Assembly (NCBI GenBank): GCA_038046345.1
Contig: JBBSWJ010000030.1
Location: 1-13,449, forward strand
Direction of reading: 5' to 3'
From: Nanobdellota archaeon
Lineage (GTDB): Archaea > Nanobdellota > Nanobdellia > SCGC-AAA011-G17 > JACPNG01
DNA length: 13,449 nucleotides
Below are positions 1 to 8,353 of the stretch, one piece after another (position 1 is the stretch's first letter; the number at the start of each line of letters is the position of its first letter). Position numbers and translations under genes: made by a program. The notes under the pieces were generated by a model. The model was not told the origin of the DNA. It made no database searches and worked only from the letters and a program-made list of their open reading frames with translations.

Positions 1-22
1 AAACCTGCTTATTTAGTTGATA

Positions 23-1087
23 TTATTCTACAGTTACCAGCACATAGGTTGTAGAGTTATCACCATCAAAATCCTTTGTTGTAAAAGAAACATTATATGT
101 ACCTGAATTAAATGTGTGTTGTGGATTTTGTTGTGATGTGTTTCCTCCATCAGTGAAATTCCATGCATATGTTAGTGGAGTATCCCCTCCAATTACTGTT
201 CCAGTAAAATTCACAGTTAATGGCCCAACTCCGGAACTTGGATTAGCAGATGCTGATGCAACTGGCTGACTATCGGTCACATTCAATGAAAATAAAGTGC
301 TTCTTACTTTTCCATCTCCGCTTCCTGTAATATTAATCACATATTCTCCTACCGGTGTTGTGGAATACGTCAAAACTGTAAAATTAGATGTATAAACTGG
401 GCTACCGCTAGATGGAGTAAAATAACATAACGCTCCACTAGGACAGTTAGTAGCTGATAGAGCCACACTTTGTGATGTGCCCCCCAACAAGTTTACATTA
501 ACAGCAGTAAGCGTGCTTCTTGCTTGAGCAATAGTTGCGCTATTAGGAGATACAGACAAAGAAAAATCAAATGGTGTGTAAGTCACGTTAACAGGCACCC
601 AGTCTAATCTACAGACTGGATTTGAGCCCGATGTAGGCTTCTTAAAGCAAGTTACATTTACTAAAAAATTAGTGTTATTTAGTTTTTGAGGTGTCCATGA
701 CAAATCATTTGTTACATCTATATTAAAAGTTTGCTCTGCTGTGTTACCCCCAACTACATGGCTTGGACCATAAGTAACGCCACCATCCCCACTTACTCGT
801 ACGTTAATAAAACCCCTAACATTACTAGCAAAGAAATCAGCTCTTACTTTCACACTATCTATTTTCGAGCTATTTGTAATTGAAAACCCATAATTGTTCC
901 ATCTTCCAGAACCATTTAACGAATTTGTTGCTGTGAATGTAGCACGATTAGCATCATTTACAAAAGCATTAGTACATGAACCCCATTGACCATTACAAGC
1001 TGTTGGAGAATTTTGTGATGTTGCCGCAAAAACAATTAATGCAGAACTTAACAAGAATAAGAATAGTATCACAACTTTTTTTTTCAT
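23..1087 (-). CDS. Secreted/surface protein with N-terminal signal peptide, Ser/Thr/Asn-rich beta domains and a C-terminal PKD domain
   Basis: 354 aa ORF. The N-terminus MKKKVVILFLFLLSSALIVFA is basic plus hydrophobic (signal peptide). The C-terminus PVASASANPSSGVGPLTVNF...YAWNFTDG...NPQHTF..GTYNV is a typical PKD pattern. Many N-x-S/T sequons. Confidence 0.8.
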   Translation of the reverse strand: MKKKVVILFLFLLSSALIVFAATSQNSPTACNGQWGSCTNAFVNDANRATFTATNSLNGSGRWNNYGFSITNSSKIDSVKVRADFFASNVRGFINVRVSGDGGVTYGPSHVVGGNTAEQTFNIDVTNDLSWTPQKLNNTNFLVNVTCFKKPTSGSNPVCRLDWVPVNVTYTPFDFSLSVSPNSATIAQARSTLTAVNVNLLGGTSQSVALSATNCPSGALCYFTPSSGSPVYTSNFTVLTYSTTPVGEYVINITGSGDGKVRSTLFSLNVTDSQPVASASANPSSGVGPLTVNFTGTVIGGDTPLTYAWNFTDGGNTSQQNPQHTFNSGTYNVSFTTKDFDGDNSTTYVLVTVE

Positions 1088-1205
1088 TAATTAACTTTAA
1101 AGATCTAGCTTATATTTAAGCATTATTGGTTTGTGTTTTATTATATCAGACTCCAGTATATTTACTCCCAAAATACTTATATACTACTTATTCCAGAAAG
1201 TCTGT

Positions 1206-1724
1206 ATGGCAACGATTGGAGAGAAAGCACCGGAATTCACATTACAAGCTTATCAGGCTGGAAGTTTAACAAAAGTTTCATTACATGATTTTAAAGGTAA
1301 ATGGGTCGTGCTGTTTTTCTACCCATTAGACTTTACTTTTGTATGCCCAACTGAAATTAAAGGATTTCAATCAAAATTAAATAAATTTAAAGAAGCAAAC
1401 GCTATTGTTATTGGAGCAAGTACAGATTCAGAACATTCACATAAAGCATGGTTTGAAAGAGACATGCCAGAAGTTAAATTTCCTGTATTAGCTGATACTG
1501 CCCACACTTTAAGCAGAGATTACGATGTTCTTATTGAAGAGAAAGGAATAGCTTTGAGAGGGACATTTATTATAGACCCAGATGGTATATTACAGTATAA
1601 AGTTATATCTAATCTTAATGTTGGCAGGAGTATTGAAGAAACTTTAAGAGTTCTGAAGGCTTTCCAAACAGGCGGGTTGTGTGCTGTAGACTGGAAGCCA
1701 GGTGATGATAATTTACATCCTTAG
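1206..1724 (+). CDS. ahpC: Peroxiredoxin, AhpC/TSA family (2-Cys type)
   Basis: Peroxidatic motif FYPLDFTFVCPTE, then RGTFIIDPDG, and C-terminal GGLCAVDWKPG with the resolving-Cys region. Start moved from the listed 1131 to ATG 1206 (MATIGEKAPEF, 172 aa), matching the family N-terminus. Confidence 0.95.
   Translation: MATIGEKAPEFTLQAYQAGSLTKVSLHDFKGKWVVLFFYPLDFTFVCPTEIKGFQSKLNKFKEANAIVIGASTDSEHSHKAWFERDMPEVKFPVLADTAHTLSRDYDVLIEEKGIALRGTFIIDPDGILQYKVISNLNVGRSIEETLRVLKAFQTGGLCAVDWKPGDDNLHP
1682..1724 (+). repeat. Direct repeat copy 1: 3' end of ahpC
   Basis: 1682-1722 matches 3439-3479 at 36/41 nt, with identical blocks of 18 nt (tgctgtagactggaagcc) and 14 nt (gatgataatttaca). Confidence 0.9.
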
Positions 1725-1761
1725 TTTTAGACAGTATATAACATGGTAACCGTTCAACAAT

Positions 1762-1971
1762 CTAAATCTGTTGGTGTTCAAGAAGCATTTCAAAGAAGAT
1801 TAGACAATTAACTCGTAACTCTTTAGATAGCAATATTGAGATAGGCAGATTTTTGATAAAGTATTTTCTTGTTGCTCCTTTTTTTGCTTTTTCTGGTATA
1901 ACGCAGAGTCTGTTGATGTTAGTCATGTATTTTTCGTATCTTTTGTTGTTGTAGATATCGTTTTCTGCCAT
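1762..1971 (-). pseudogene. Decayed N-terminal fragment of a DPANN-type tyrosine recombinase/integrase (tentative)
   Basis: The start MAENDIYNNKRYEKY...RKYFIKN resembles N-termini I recall from Woesearchaeota/Pacearchaeota integrases. After KN the frame loses resemblance, and an alternative frame gives NRFRLLNG. SD-like GGGAG upstream. No catalytic domain is present. From recall, not searched. Confidence 0.45.
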
Positions 1972-2067
1972 GCTTGTTTCTCCCTTGCACAGCGTTGTTT
2001 ATATTATTTAGGCACTAGCAGCTTGGAAAACATGTGGTATGCACTGGCCGTGCTAAAGTCAAAGCTA

Positions 2068-2757
2068 TCACTTTATTTTTTCTAAATCAGATAGTAGTTT
2101 CTTGTTTCTTTCGAAAATTTTGCCATCAACCATACCAAAAACCCCTTGTAGCTCATCTTTAAATTGCTTGGAGTTAATTTGATGTAATATCTTAGAAAGT
2201 CTTTCTTTTAAGTCGTATCGTTCAGAGATTTCTTTTTTTACCCAGAGTTTCTCTTTCACAAGAGTAATCAAGAAAAAAAGATCTCTGATATCAGTTTGTC
2301 GACACGCAATGAATTTCATCACAAACAATGCATCAGCATCAATAATTCTCAGCTTTAGCCGTTCGCTAAATGTTTTCCCTTGTAGTTGTCGAACAGCAGA
2401 ATGCTCGAAAACCCAGTCAGCAGAGAATTTCGCATTAGTCTGTCGATCCAAAATTTCGCCGATCAGAATGTCCATACTTACTTTGAAGTTTTTTCCTAGG
2501 TTTTTCTCGTATCGCTCAAAACCTCCATCATAAGGAATTCCATGATGGTTTTTTATCTTATCATATCCTACTTCAAAAAGAGCCCGAGAGATCCCTTGGA
2601 GCACACTTTTATCCTTAATCACAACATCACAGTCCACAGAGAATCGGGGCAGCGTATAGGCATTGACTGCATACCCTCCAACCACGACAAATTCATGATT
2701 CCTAAGTTTTTTCAATGTCGCAAAGATTTCTTTCTCTCTAAGTGTTAGCTGTTCCAT
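2068..2757 (-). CDS. Pol-beta superfamily nucleotidyltransferase, AbiEii/DUF6036-like putative type IV TA toxin
   Basis: 229 aa. The N-terminal VVVGGYAVNAY..RFSVDCDVV is a GG...DxD NTase motif, with a later MKFIACRQTDIRD (K...R..D..D). Overlaps the upstream gene by 20 nt. Confidence 0.75.
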   Translation of the reverse strand: MEQLTLREKEIFATLKKLRNHEFVVVGGYAVNAYTLPRFSVDCDVVIKDKSVLQGISRALFEVGYDKIKNHHGIPYDGGFERYEKNLGKNFKVSMDILIGEILDRQTNAKFSADWVFEHSAVRQLQGKTFSERLKLRIIDADALFVMKFIACRQTDIRDLFFLITLVKEKLWVKKEISERYDLKERLSKILHQINSKQFKDELQGVFGMVDGKIFERNKKLLSDLEKIK

Positions 2758-3340
2758 ACTTCTCCTTCATATAATGATAAGGATACGCATAGAAACTATT
2801 TGATTTTGCAATCTTTTCTGTTGCGCTTAATGTTTCTACACATAAGTCATCTTTTTTTGTTGACTTTAAGGTCTTTACCGTGATGAAAATGACAAACTCT
2901 CCAATGGTTGTACCAGTATTCACATAATTCGGCACCCTATAACGATTAAAAAATGCCCTCCAGAAATTCAAATCTTTCCTTAAAACTTTGATATAATACG
3001 GAGATTTCTCTCTTCCTCGTTGAACGTAGGAATAATCCGACCAAATTTCTATTGCCGATAATCCTGTAAAGGCATATGGTCTCTTTGCTTGTTTGATGAT
3101 TTGAGGGACTTTAAACTCTAATAATCCCATTAAGATCTCTTCAGGGCGTATGCACTTATACGAATTTGAAGAAACTTTCTTGATCCAACCGTTATTGACC
3201 AACAAAGCAAAAATTTTCTTCTTCATACTCTGTCTAACAATCCAATCTAATTCTGACTGAGAAAATTCCTCATGTGCGCCATGTTTCGAAAAGAACAAAG
3301 CGTATGCTCTTAATCCATAGCCTGGAATCTCATTGTACAT
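2738..3340 (-). CDS. Winged-helix protein, putative AbiEi-like antitoxin/transcriptional regulator
   Basis: 200 aa. N-terminal wHTH-like pattern (EFSQSEL...KKIFALLVNNGWIKKVSSNSY) and C-terminal YAFTGLSAIEIW. It is the first gene of a two-gene operon with the NTase and is preceded by a palindromic operator. Confidence 0.6.
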   Translation of the reverse strand: MYNEIPGYGLRAYALFFSKHGAHEEFSQSELDWIVRQSMKKKIFALLVNNGWIKKVSSNSYKCIRPEEILMGLLEFKVPQIIKQAKRPYAFTGLSAIEIWSDYSYVQRGREKSPYYIKVLRKDLNFWRAFFNRYRVPNYVNTGTTIGEFVIFITVKTLKSTKKDDLCVETLSATEKIAKSNSFYAYPYHYMKEKYGTANT

Positions 3341-3370
3341 GGTTACCTAATAGGTAACCTTATATTTAAA
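3341..3370 (-). promoter_or_regulatory. TATA box plus perfect palindromic operator directly before the TA operon start codon
   Basis: 3341-3359 ggttaccta-a-taggtaacc is a perfect 9-bp inverted repeat abutting the ATG at 3340. Minus-strand TTTAAATATA at 3361-3370. Confidence 0.75.
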
Positions 3371-3438
3371 GGTTTCGGAATCCTGAGCTGTAAAGTAAAC
3401 AATGATCAAATTTTTGCGGTCGAAGGAATATATCAGCC

Positions 3439-3481
3439 TGCTGTAGACTGGAAGCCCAGCGATGATAATTTACACTCTTGA
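3439..3481 (+). repeat. Direct repeat copy 2: displaced/diverged ahpC 3' end
   Basis: Encodes AVDWKPSDDNLHS-stop(TGA), versus AVDWKPGDDNLHP-stop(TAG) in the intact gene. Confidence 0.85.
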
Positions 3482-3497
3482 TTATTTTATAACCATA

Positions 3498-3569
3498 CTA
3501 TTTTTATCCTAAATAGGATCAAAAATAGAGAAATTTTCTATAAATCATCCTAAATAGAAATATTTATAA
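3498..3569 (+). promoter_or_regulatory. Putative operator/promoter of the wHTH-Fic gene
   Basis: Imperfect inverted repeat 3498-3528 (ctatttttatccta-aa-taggatcaaaaatag, one bulge). Direct repeat atcctaaatag at 3506-3516 and 3547-3557. TATA-like tttataa at 3563-3569, 22 nt before ATG 3592. Confidence 0.5.
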
Positions 3570-3591
3570 GATATTAAGTACTAAGATTTGT

Positions 3592-4833
3592 ATGGTTACT
3601 AAATACGACATATTCGAGATAATCCACCAAAATCATGCACCTATTAAACCAGCCGAGATAGTCAAAAGATTAAAGAAAGATAAATCTTTTTACAAGAATA
3701 TCTATAGGATTATTAATCAATTAAAAAAAGAAGGATTCTTAGTTAAGAAAAATCATGGGTTTGAATCAAAGAATTCAGAAAAATCTAAAATGCTTTTTGA
3801 CTTAATTGCCTATTGTTTGCATAATGGGATTAACTATAATTATCTTCTAGATGAAAGATTAGTTAGTTTCTTAAATTCAGCTATTAACAAAAAAGAGTTT
3901 CAACAAAAAGACTTTAGTATAGACTCGAAAACTTTTAGTAAGTATATAGCCATCCTAAACAAGTTTGGATTGCTTCTCATAATATCCAGAAAACCTCTCA
4001 AGGCGAGGTTATTTTATAATACTCTAATTAACAACTTACTTGTTTATTTTGGGTACAAACAAACATCCATAAAACTGTTTAATGTTGACTATTTAGACCA
4101 CATAGAAAAAGAGCTTATTTTATTTAAAAGATTAAAGAAAAATAATGAATCTGGATATAGGAAGATTGTTAGCGAATTTGAAATATTTTTTATTCAACAT
4201 AGCTTATCATTAGAAGGTAACCCCATAACACTTCCTGATACAATAAAAATCTTAAAAGACGAAATTATTCCAAAGGATCTAAGGAAAGAAGACATTGATG
4301 AGGTTCAAAATTATCAAAAAGCTATTCATAAAATGTTGAAAGATGCAACAGGCAAAAAACCGTTAACAAAAGAGTCTATTTTAGAGTATCATAGACTTGC
4401 TATGGAGCATAAGCATAAAATTGCTGGGGCAATAAGAAAAGAATCTGTTTATATCAAGAACAATCCAAACTTTAAGATCACTAAAGTATCAGAAATCGAT
4501 AAAGAATTAGATAAGCTATTAAAAGAATACAATAAATTTATGGATAAGAAGGATCCTCCTATCAAAGATATAATCAATTTTTCTGCATATTTTCATAATG
4601 AATTCCAACATATCCATCCTTTTTTAGATGGCAATAGCAGGACTACAAGACTGCTAACTTTTCACTTGTTACAATCTCATGGAGTGCCAATTCTAGATAT
4701 TCCGCTTGGATTATTGGATGAGTATTTGGAGCACACTAAAGGATCTAATGAAAGATTTGATAAAAGCCTATTTGAAATGCTACAAAGAATAATCTTATTC
4801 AATCTAAAAAAGATAAACTTTCTGTTAAGTTAA
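3592..4833 (+). CDS. Fic-domain protein (class II, autoinhibited type) with N-terminal winged-helix region
   Basis: Fic motif HPFLDGNSRTTR (nt 4615-4650). Inhibitory (S/T)xxxE(G/N) motif SLSLEGN (nt 4201-4221). N-terminal IKPAEIVKRL...YRIINQLKKEGFL is wHTH-like. Confidence 0.88.
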   Translation: MVTKYDIFEIIHQNHAPIKPAEIVKRLKKDKSFYKNIYRIINQLKKEGFLVKKNHGFESKNSEKSKMLFDLIAYCLHNGINYNYLLDERLVSFLNSAINKKEFQQKDFSIDSKTFSKYIAILNKFGLLLIISRKPLKARLFYNTLINNLLVYFGYKQTSIKLFNVDYLDHIEKELILFKRLKKNNESGYRKIVSEFEIFFIQHSLSLEGNPITLPDTIKILKDEIIPKDLRKEDIDEVQNYQKAIHKMLKDATGKKPLTKESILEYHRLAMEHKHKIAGAIRKESVYIKNNPNFKITKVSEIDKELDKLLKEYNKFMDKKDPPIKDIINFSAYFHNEFQHIHPFLDGNSRTTRLLTFHLLQSHGVPILDIPLGLLDEYLEHTKGSNERFDKSLFEMLQRIILFNLKKINFLLS

Positions 4834-4864
4834 ACAAGCATAAAGGGCTAAGTTTTAAATTATA

Positions 4865-4936
4865 TGCGCTGGCCGGGGTTCGAACCCGGGTCAGAGCGTT
4901 GGCAACGCCCTATGCTAACCACTATACTACCAGCGC
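4865..4936 (-). tRNA. tRNA-Gly (anticodon GCC), no intron, no encoded CCA
   Basis: GCGCTGG/CCAGCGC acceptor stem with discriminator A, anticodon arm GGGCG-TTGCCAA-CGCTC, T-loop GTTCGAAC. TATA TTTAAATA at 4959-4966 (minus strand). Confidence 0.97.
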
Positions 4937-4961
4937 ATTGTTCAGACTCACTAATTATTAT

Positions 4962-6146
4962 TTAAAAAGTTTTTGTAATGAGGTACCTGCTAGGACTAAT
5001 CCCAACACCGAATGTTGCTTCTATTTTAATGTTATCATGCACTACTTCAATCTCTGGATTAAGCTGATCAAGTCTCTTTCCAGTTATATCACCCAAATGC
5101 TGCAAGAATCCATTTAATTCATCAGACGTATTGTACAAAATGTTGGTTGTCATCTCTTTTCCATTAATTTCTACAACAACAGGCTTTCCAGGACCATCAC
5201 AAATTATTTTTTTTACGTTTTTATCTTTTAATAAAGGATCAATCTTACCATAAAATAATATATCCCTCCATGCATAGTATTTTATTGAATTATATTTCTC
5301 AGTATCAAATACTATACCTTTTTTTAAAAAGATTTTTTCTACTAACGGTTTTAAAAATGAATCATCTTTGACTATGTTCACATTTTTTTCTACATCTTTT
5401 CTTATACTTTTATATAACTCCGCTATAACACCCTGTTCAACCAAAGGTTCCGCCAAGTTGTATTTACCGCCACTTATTTCTACACTAGCTAGCGGTTTAT
5501 TACCCACCAAGATTATAGGGTAAGAAGTATTTTTCTCCTGTGTTGGATAATCAAGCACGGATTCTAACCCGGAGTCATTCGGACTTGGAGCCTCTGGTAT
5601 TTCTGGCTTTAACCTAATAGCTGGTTTTTTTAATTCTTTAGTATACAATGGTTTTATTGGACCTTTTGGTGGTATGTTTGGTTTTATGTTTTTTTGAGGC
5701 AATGGTTTTATCATTTTAAGCGGCGGTATTAAATCTTTAGCTGGCTCATGCATTAACGGGCTTACAACTCTTCTTTGAAATAATGGTTTTATAGGTTCTG
5801 GCAGATGGATATTCGGTTTTACTATCTTTAATGCAGGAGTTATATCACTAACAGCACCCTGCATTAACGGGCTTACAATTTTTCTTTGAAATAATGGTTT
5901 TATTTGTTTGTCCATAATACTGGGAGATAATACTCTTTTATCCAATACATTTTGTTCTATTTGTTTGCTTACCTGTTTCGGTGTTGGTTTAGATCGCTCT
6001 GATGCTTTTATCAATCCATAAAGAAATCTCTTTGCAAACTTACCACCATTACTGATTGGTTTTTCTTCTAGAATATGCAATATCTCTCTTAAGTGCTCTA
6101 ATCTCTCTTTCTCAAATTCGTCTCTTAAGAACTTAATGTCTTCCAT
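4962..6146 (-). CDS. Protein with Pro/Lys-rich repeat linker and a C-terminal domain resembling the N-terminal part of FlaI/VirB11/TadA secretion ATPases, lacking the ATPase domain
   Basis: C-terminal YYAWRDILFYGKIDPLLKDKNVKKIICDGPGKPV...TNI...ELNGFLQHLGDITGK matches the pre-ATPase region of that family. No Walker A/B before the stop. Start moved to ATG 6146 (MEDIKFL, 394 aa), 1 nt after the upstream gene's stop. Confidence 0.65.
   Translation of the reverse strand: MEDIKFLRDEFEKERLEHLREILHILEEKPISNGGKFAKRFLYGLIKASERSKPTPKQVSKQIEQNVLDKRVLSPSIMDKQIKPLFQRKIVSPLMQGAVSDITPALKIVKPNIHLPEPIKPLFQRRVVSPLMHEPAKDLIPPLKMIKPLPQKNIKPNIPPKGPIKPLYTKELKKPAIRLKPEIPEAPSPNDSGLESVLDYPTQEKNTSYPIILVGNKPLASVEISGGKYNLAEPLVEQGVIAELYKSIRKDVEKNVNIVKDDSFLKPLVEKIFLKKGIVFDTEKYNSIKYYAWRDILFYGKIDPLLKDKNVKKIICDGPGKPVVVEINGKEMTTNILYNTSDELNGFLQHLGDITGKRLDQLNPEIEVVHDNIKIEATFGVGISPSRYLITKTF
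5749..5903 (-). repeat. Intragenic 44-nt direct repeat with a 111-nt (37 aa) period
   Basis: 5749-5792 versus 5860-5903 are 42/44 identical (IKPLFQRKIVSPLM / IKPLFQRRVVSPLM). Further IKPL motifs (aatggttttat) lie near 5701 and 5647. Confidence 0.9.
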
Positions 6147-6147
6147 A

Positions 6148-6462
6148 TCAAAAGTCTGATCTAGGCAATGGTTTTGGAGGGAAGTTATCTTCCACATTAA
6201 CTCTTTCTCTTACATATCTCTCCAATAAGATCAACCCTCTTGCAATATTCTTATTTTGTTCTAATAAACTGTCTAATTTTCTTCGTAATGGTTCATCAGA
6301 TCCAGATTCTATATGTTTTGCTGCTTCTTCAAATAATGATACCATTGCATCTATCCTGCTAGTTAAACTGTTGATTGATTTGATAAGCTCTGTCGTTTTA
6401 TGTTGAAGGGCTAAAGAATTATCTACAAGTTTTTCAATAACGTCCTGAGAAGATTTTACCAC
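6148..6462 (-). CDS. Hypothetical coiled-coil protein
   Basis: 104 aa, GTG start with GGAGG about 9 nt upstream, heptad-like amphipathic helices, Pro-rich tail. Translationally coupled to the next gene. Confidence 0.7.
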   Translation of the reverse strand: MVKSSQDVIEKLVDNSLALQHKTTELIKSINSLTSRIDAMVSLFEEAAKHIESGSDEPLRRKLDSLLEQNKNIARGLILLERYVRERVNVEDNFPPKPLPRSDF

Positions 6463-6600
6463 TTTTATCTGCCTCCATTCCTAAATAGCTTAAACAATTT
6501 GACTATAAAAAAGTTGTGGTTAAAATTACTGTAAAGCTAACGTCAGCTTGTTCAATATTTTTATTCACTTTGCTACATTAACTGTTGAATCCAAGATTAA

Positions 6601-8223
6601 CTACATCATCCCTGGAGGCATACCATCCATACCATGAGGCATTCCAGATGATCCTCCACCTTTATTTGCACCAGCTATAACATCATCAATTCTTAATATT
6701 AATTCAGCAACTTCAGAAGCACTTGAAACCGCCTGAGTCTTAATACTTAATGGTTCTATAACCCCCAATTTCCATGCATCTACCACTTTACCTTTAAACA
6801 CATCAATACCAGCCCACTTCATTTTTTTATCATGATGTGATTTTAAGTCAGTAAGCACATCAATTGGGTCAAGACCTGCATTTTCTGCAAGAGTCCGCGG
6901 AATAACTTCAAGTGACTCAGCAAAAGCTAAAACTGCTAATTGTTCCCTGCCACTTAAGCTATTAGCATAAAGACGTAACTGTCTTGCTACTTCAACCTCT
7001 GACGCTCCAGCACCAGCCACAACCTTACCGCTCTTTATTGCTGCACACAAATCACCCAATGCATCTTTTACTGCTCGTTCTACTTCTGCAACAACATGCT
7101 GTGTTCCACCGCGCACTAAAAGTGTTACCGCTTTTGGATTTTTACATTCTTTTACAATTGTCATTTCTTCATCATTTATCATCACTGATTCAACAACACC
7201 AGCATATCCAAGATCTTCCTTTTGCAGCTCCTTGACGCTGGATATAACATTAGCACCAGTTGCTCTTGCTAACTTTTCCATATCAGAACTTTTAATTCGC
7301 CTTGCTGCATATACCCCCGCTTTTGCCAGATAATGCTGCGCCAAGTCATCTATTCCTTTTTGGCATAAAACCACATTAGCACCAGTTTTAATTACAACAT
7401 CCGTCATTTTTTTTATCATGGACTCTTCCTGCTCAAGGAAAGCCTGTAATTGTGATGGGTCACTAATCTGAATCTTAGCATCAGTTTCAGTTGATTTTAT
7501 TTCTAAAGCCGCATCTAGCAATGCTATCTTTGCATTTACTACCCGCTTAGGCATAGCACTATGCACTTTTTCTTTATCTAACAATATCCCTTTTATCAGC
7601 TCGGATTTTTCTATGCTTGATCCGGTTTTTGCTTCAAGTTTTATATAAGCTATATTTATTGTTTTATCTTCATCTCTAATCTGCTGGACTGCCTGAACAG
7701 CTAGCCTAGCTAAATGCTCTTTTGCACTTTCCCCGCCTTTACCGGTCATTGCTGTTACTGCTATTTTTTGTAAGATCTGGTCTTCATTTTTAATATCCTC
7801 TGCTATTTCTTCAAATATTTTTAGCGCTTTATCTGCTGCGAGCCTATACCCCCTAGCAATCACAGTTGGATGGACATCTTTATCAAGTAATGTCTCAGCA
7901 TTTTTTAATAATTCTCCAGCTATAACCACCGCAGTTGTTGTACCATCCCCTATCTGATCTTCCTGAGTCTTTGCTACTTCTACAAGCATCTTCGCAGCTG
8001 GATGTTCTATACCCATCTCTTCTAGAATTGTTACACCATCATTTGTAATAGTAATATCCCCAAGCGAATCAACTATCATCTTATCCATGCCCTTGGGGCC
8101 TAGAGTTGTACGAACTGTTTCCGCAACCTGTTTTGCTGCGGCGATATTATTTCTTTGAGCATCTTTGCCTATAGTTCTCTGATATCCTTCAGGTAAAATA
8201 AATATTGGTTGTGTCTGCGCCAT
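6601..8223 (-). CDS. ths: Thermosome subunit (group II chaperonin)
   Basis: [33 protein letters not shown] motifs and a Gly/Met-rich C-terminal tail. 540 aa. The alpha/beta subunit type is not resolved. Confidence 0.98.
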   Translation of the reverse strand: MAQTQPIFILPEGYQRTIGKDAQRNNIAAAKQVAETVRTTLGPKGMDKMIVDSLGDITITNDGVTILEEMGIEHPAAKMLVEVAKTQEDQIGDGTTTAVVIAGELLKNAETLLDKDVHPTVIARGYRLAADKALKIFEEIAEDIKNEDQILQKIAVTAMTGKGGESAKEHLARLAVQAVQQIRDEDKTINIAYIKLEAKTGSSIEKSELIKGILLDKEKVHSAMPKRVVNAKIALLDAALEIKSTETDAKIQISDPSQLQAFLEQEESMIKKMTDVVIKTGANVVLCQKGIDDLAQHYLAKAGVYAARRIKSSDMEKLARATGANVISSVKELQKEDLGYAGVVESVMINDEEMTIVKECKNPKAVTLLVRGGTQHVVAEVERAVKDALGDLCAAIKSGKVVAGAGASEVEVARQLRLYANSLSGREQLAVLAFAESLEVIPRTLAENAGLDPIDVLTDLKSHHDKKMKWAGIDVFKGKVVDAWKLGVIEPLSIKTQAVSSASEVAELILRIDDVIAGANKGGGSSGMPHGMDGMPPGMM

Positions 8224-8353
8224 TTTTGTTATTAATTTTCTTAAAAATTTCTGTTTAAAGCATGGTCAGTACTATATAAATATTACTGCATAGCAAAAAT
8301 ATCGATATTGTATGATAAATATGTTTATTACTCCATATTTTAAAAGTTAAGTA

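Larger units (their letters stand above)
1725..4864. mobile_element. Accessory/defence-like islet between the convergent 3' ends of ahpC and tRNA-Gly
   Basis: Contains an integrase-like remnant, a TA-like pair, a Fic gene and a duplicated ahpC 3' end, and abuts a tRNA 3' end. Boundaries are inferred. Confidence 0.55.

Noticed and set aside
1076-1084. A9 tract right after the ATG of the surface protein (possible phase variation)
   Set aside because: It simply encodes the KKK of a signal peptide in an AT-rich genome; there is no evidence of length variation.
1131-1205. N-terminal extension of AhpC in the ORF track
   Set aside because: Non-family, promoter-like AT-rich sequence; the homologous N-terminus starts at ATG 1206.
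2309-2748. Two + strand ORFs (74 and 68 aa)
   Set aside because: Antisense shadows of the NTase gene with no recognisable motifs.
4899-5117. 72-aa + strand ORF
   Set aside because: Overlaps tRNA-Gly and the antisense of a real gene.
6147-6197. Extension of the FlaI-like ORF to 6197
   Set aside because: Overlaps the upstream gene; ATG 6146 adjacent to that gene's stop is more plausible.
8298-8309. 12-bp palindrome aatatcgatatt in the divergent ths/pyrG intergenic region
   Set aside because: Could be an operator, but it is a single AT-rich instance with no supporting copy or regulator; insufficient evidence.
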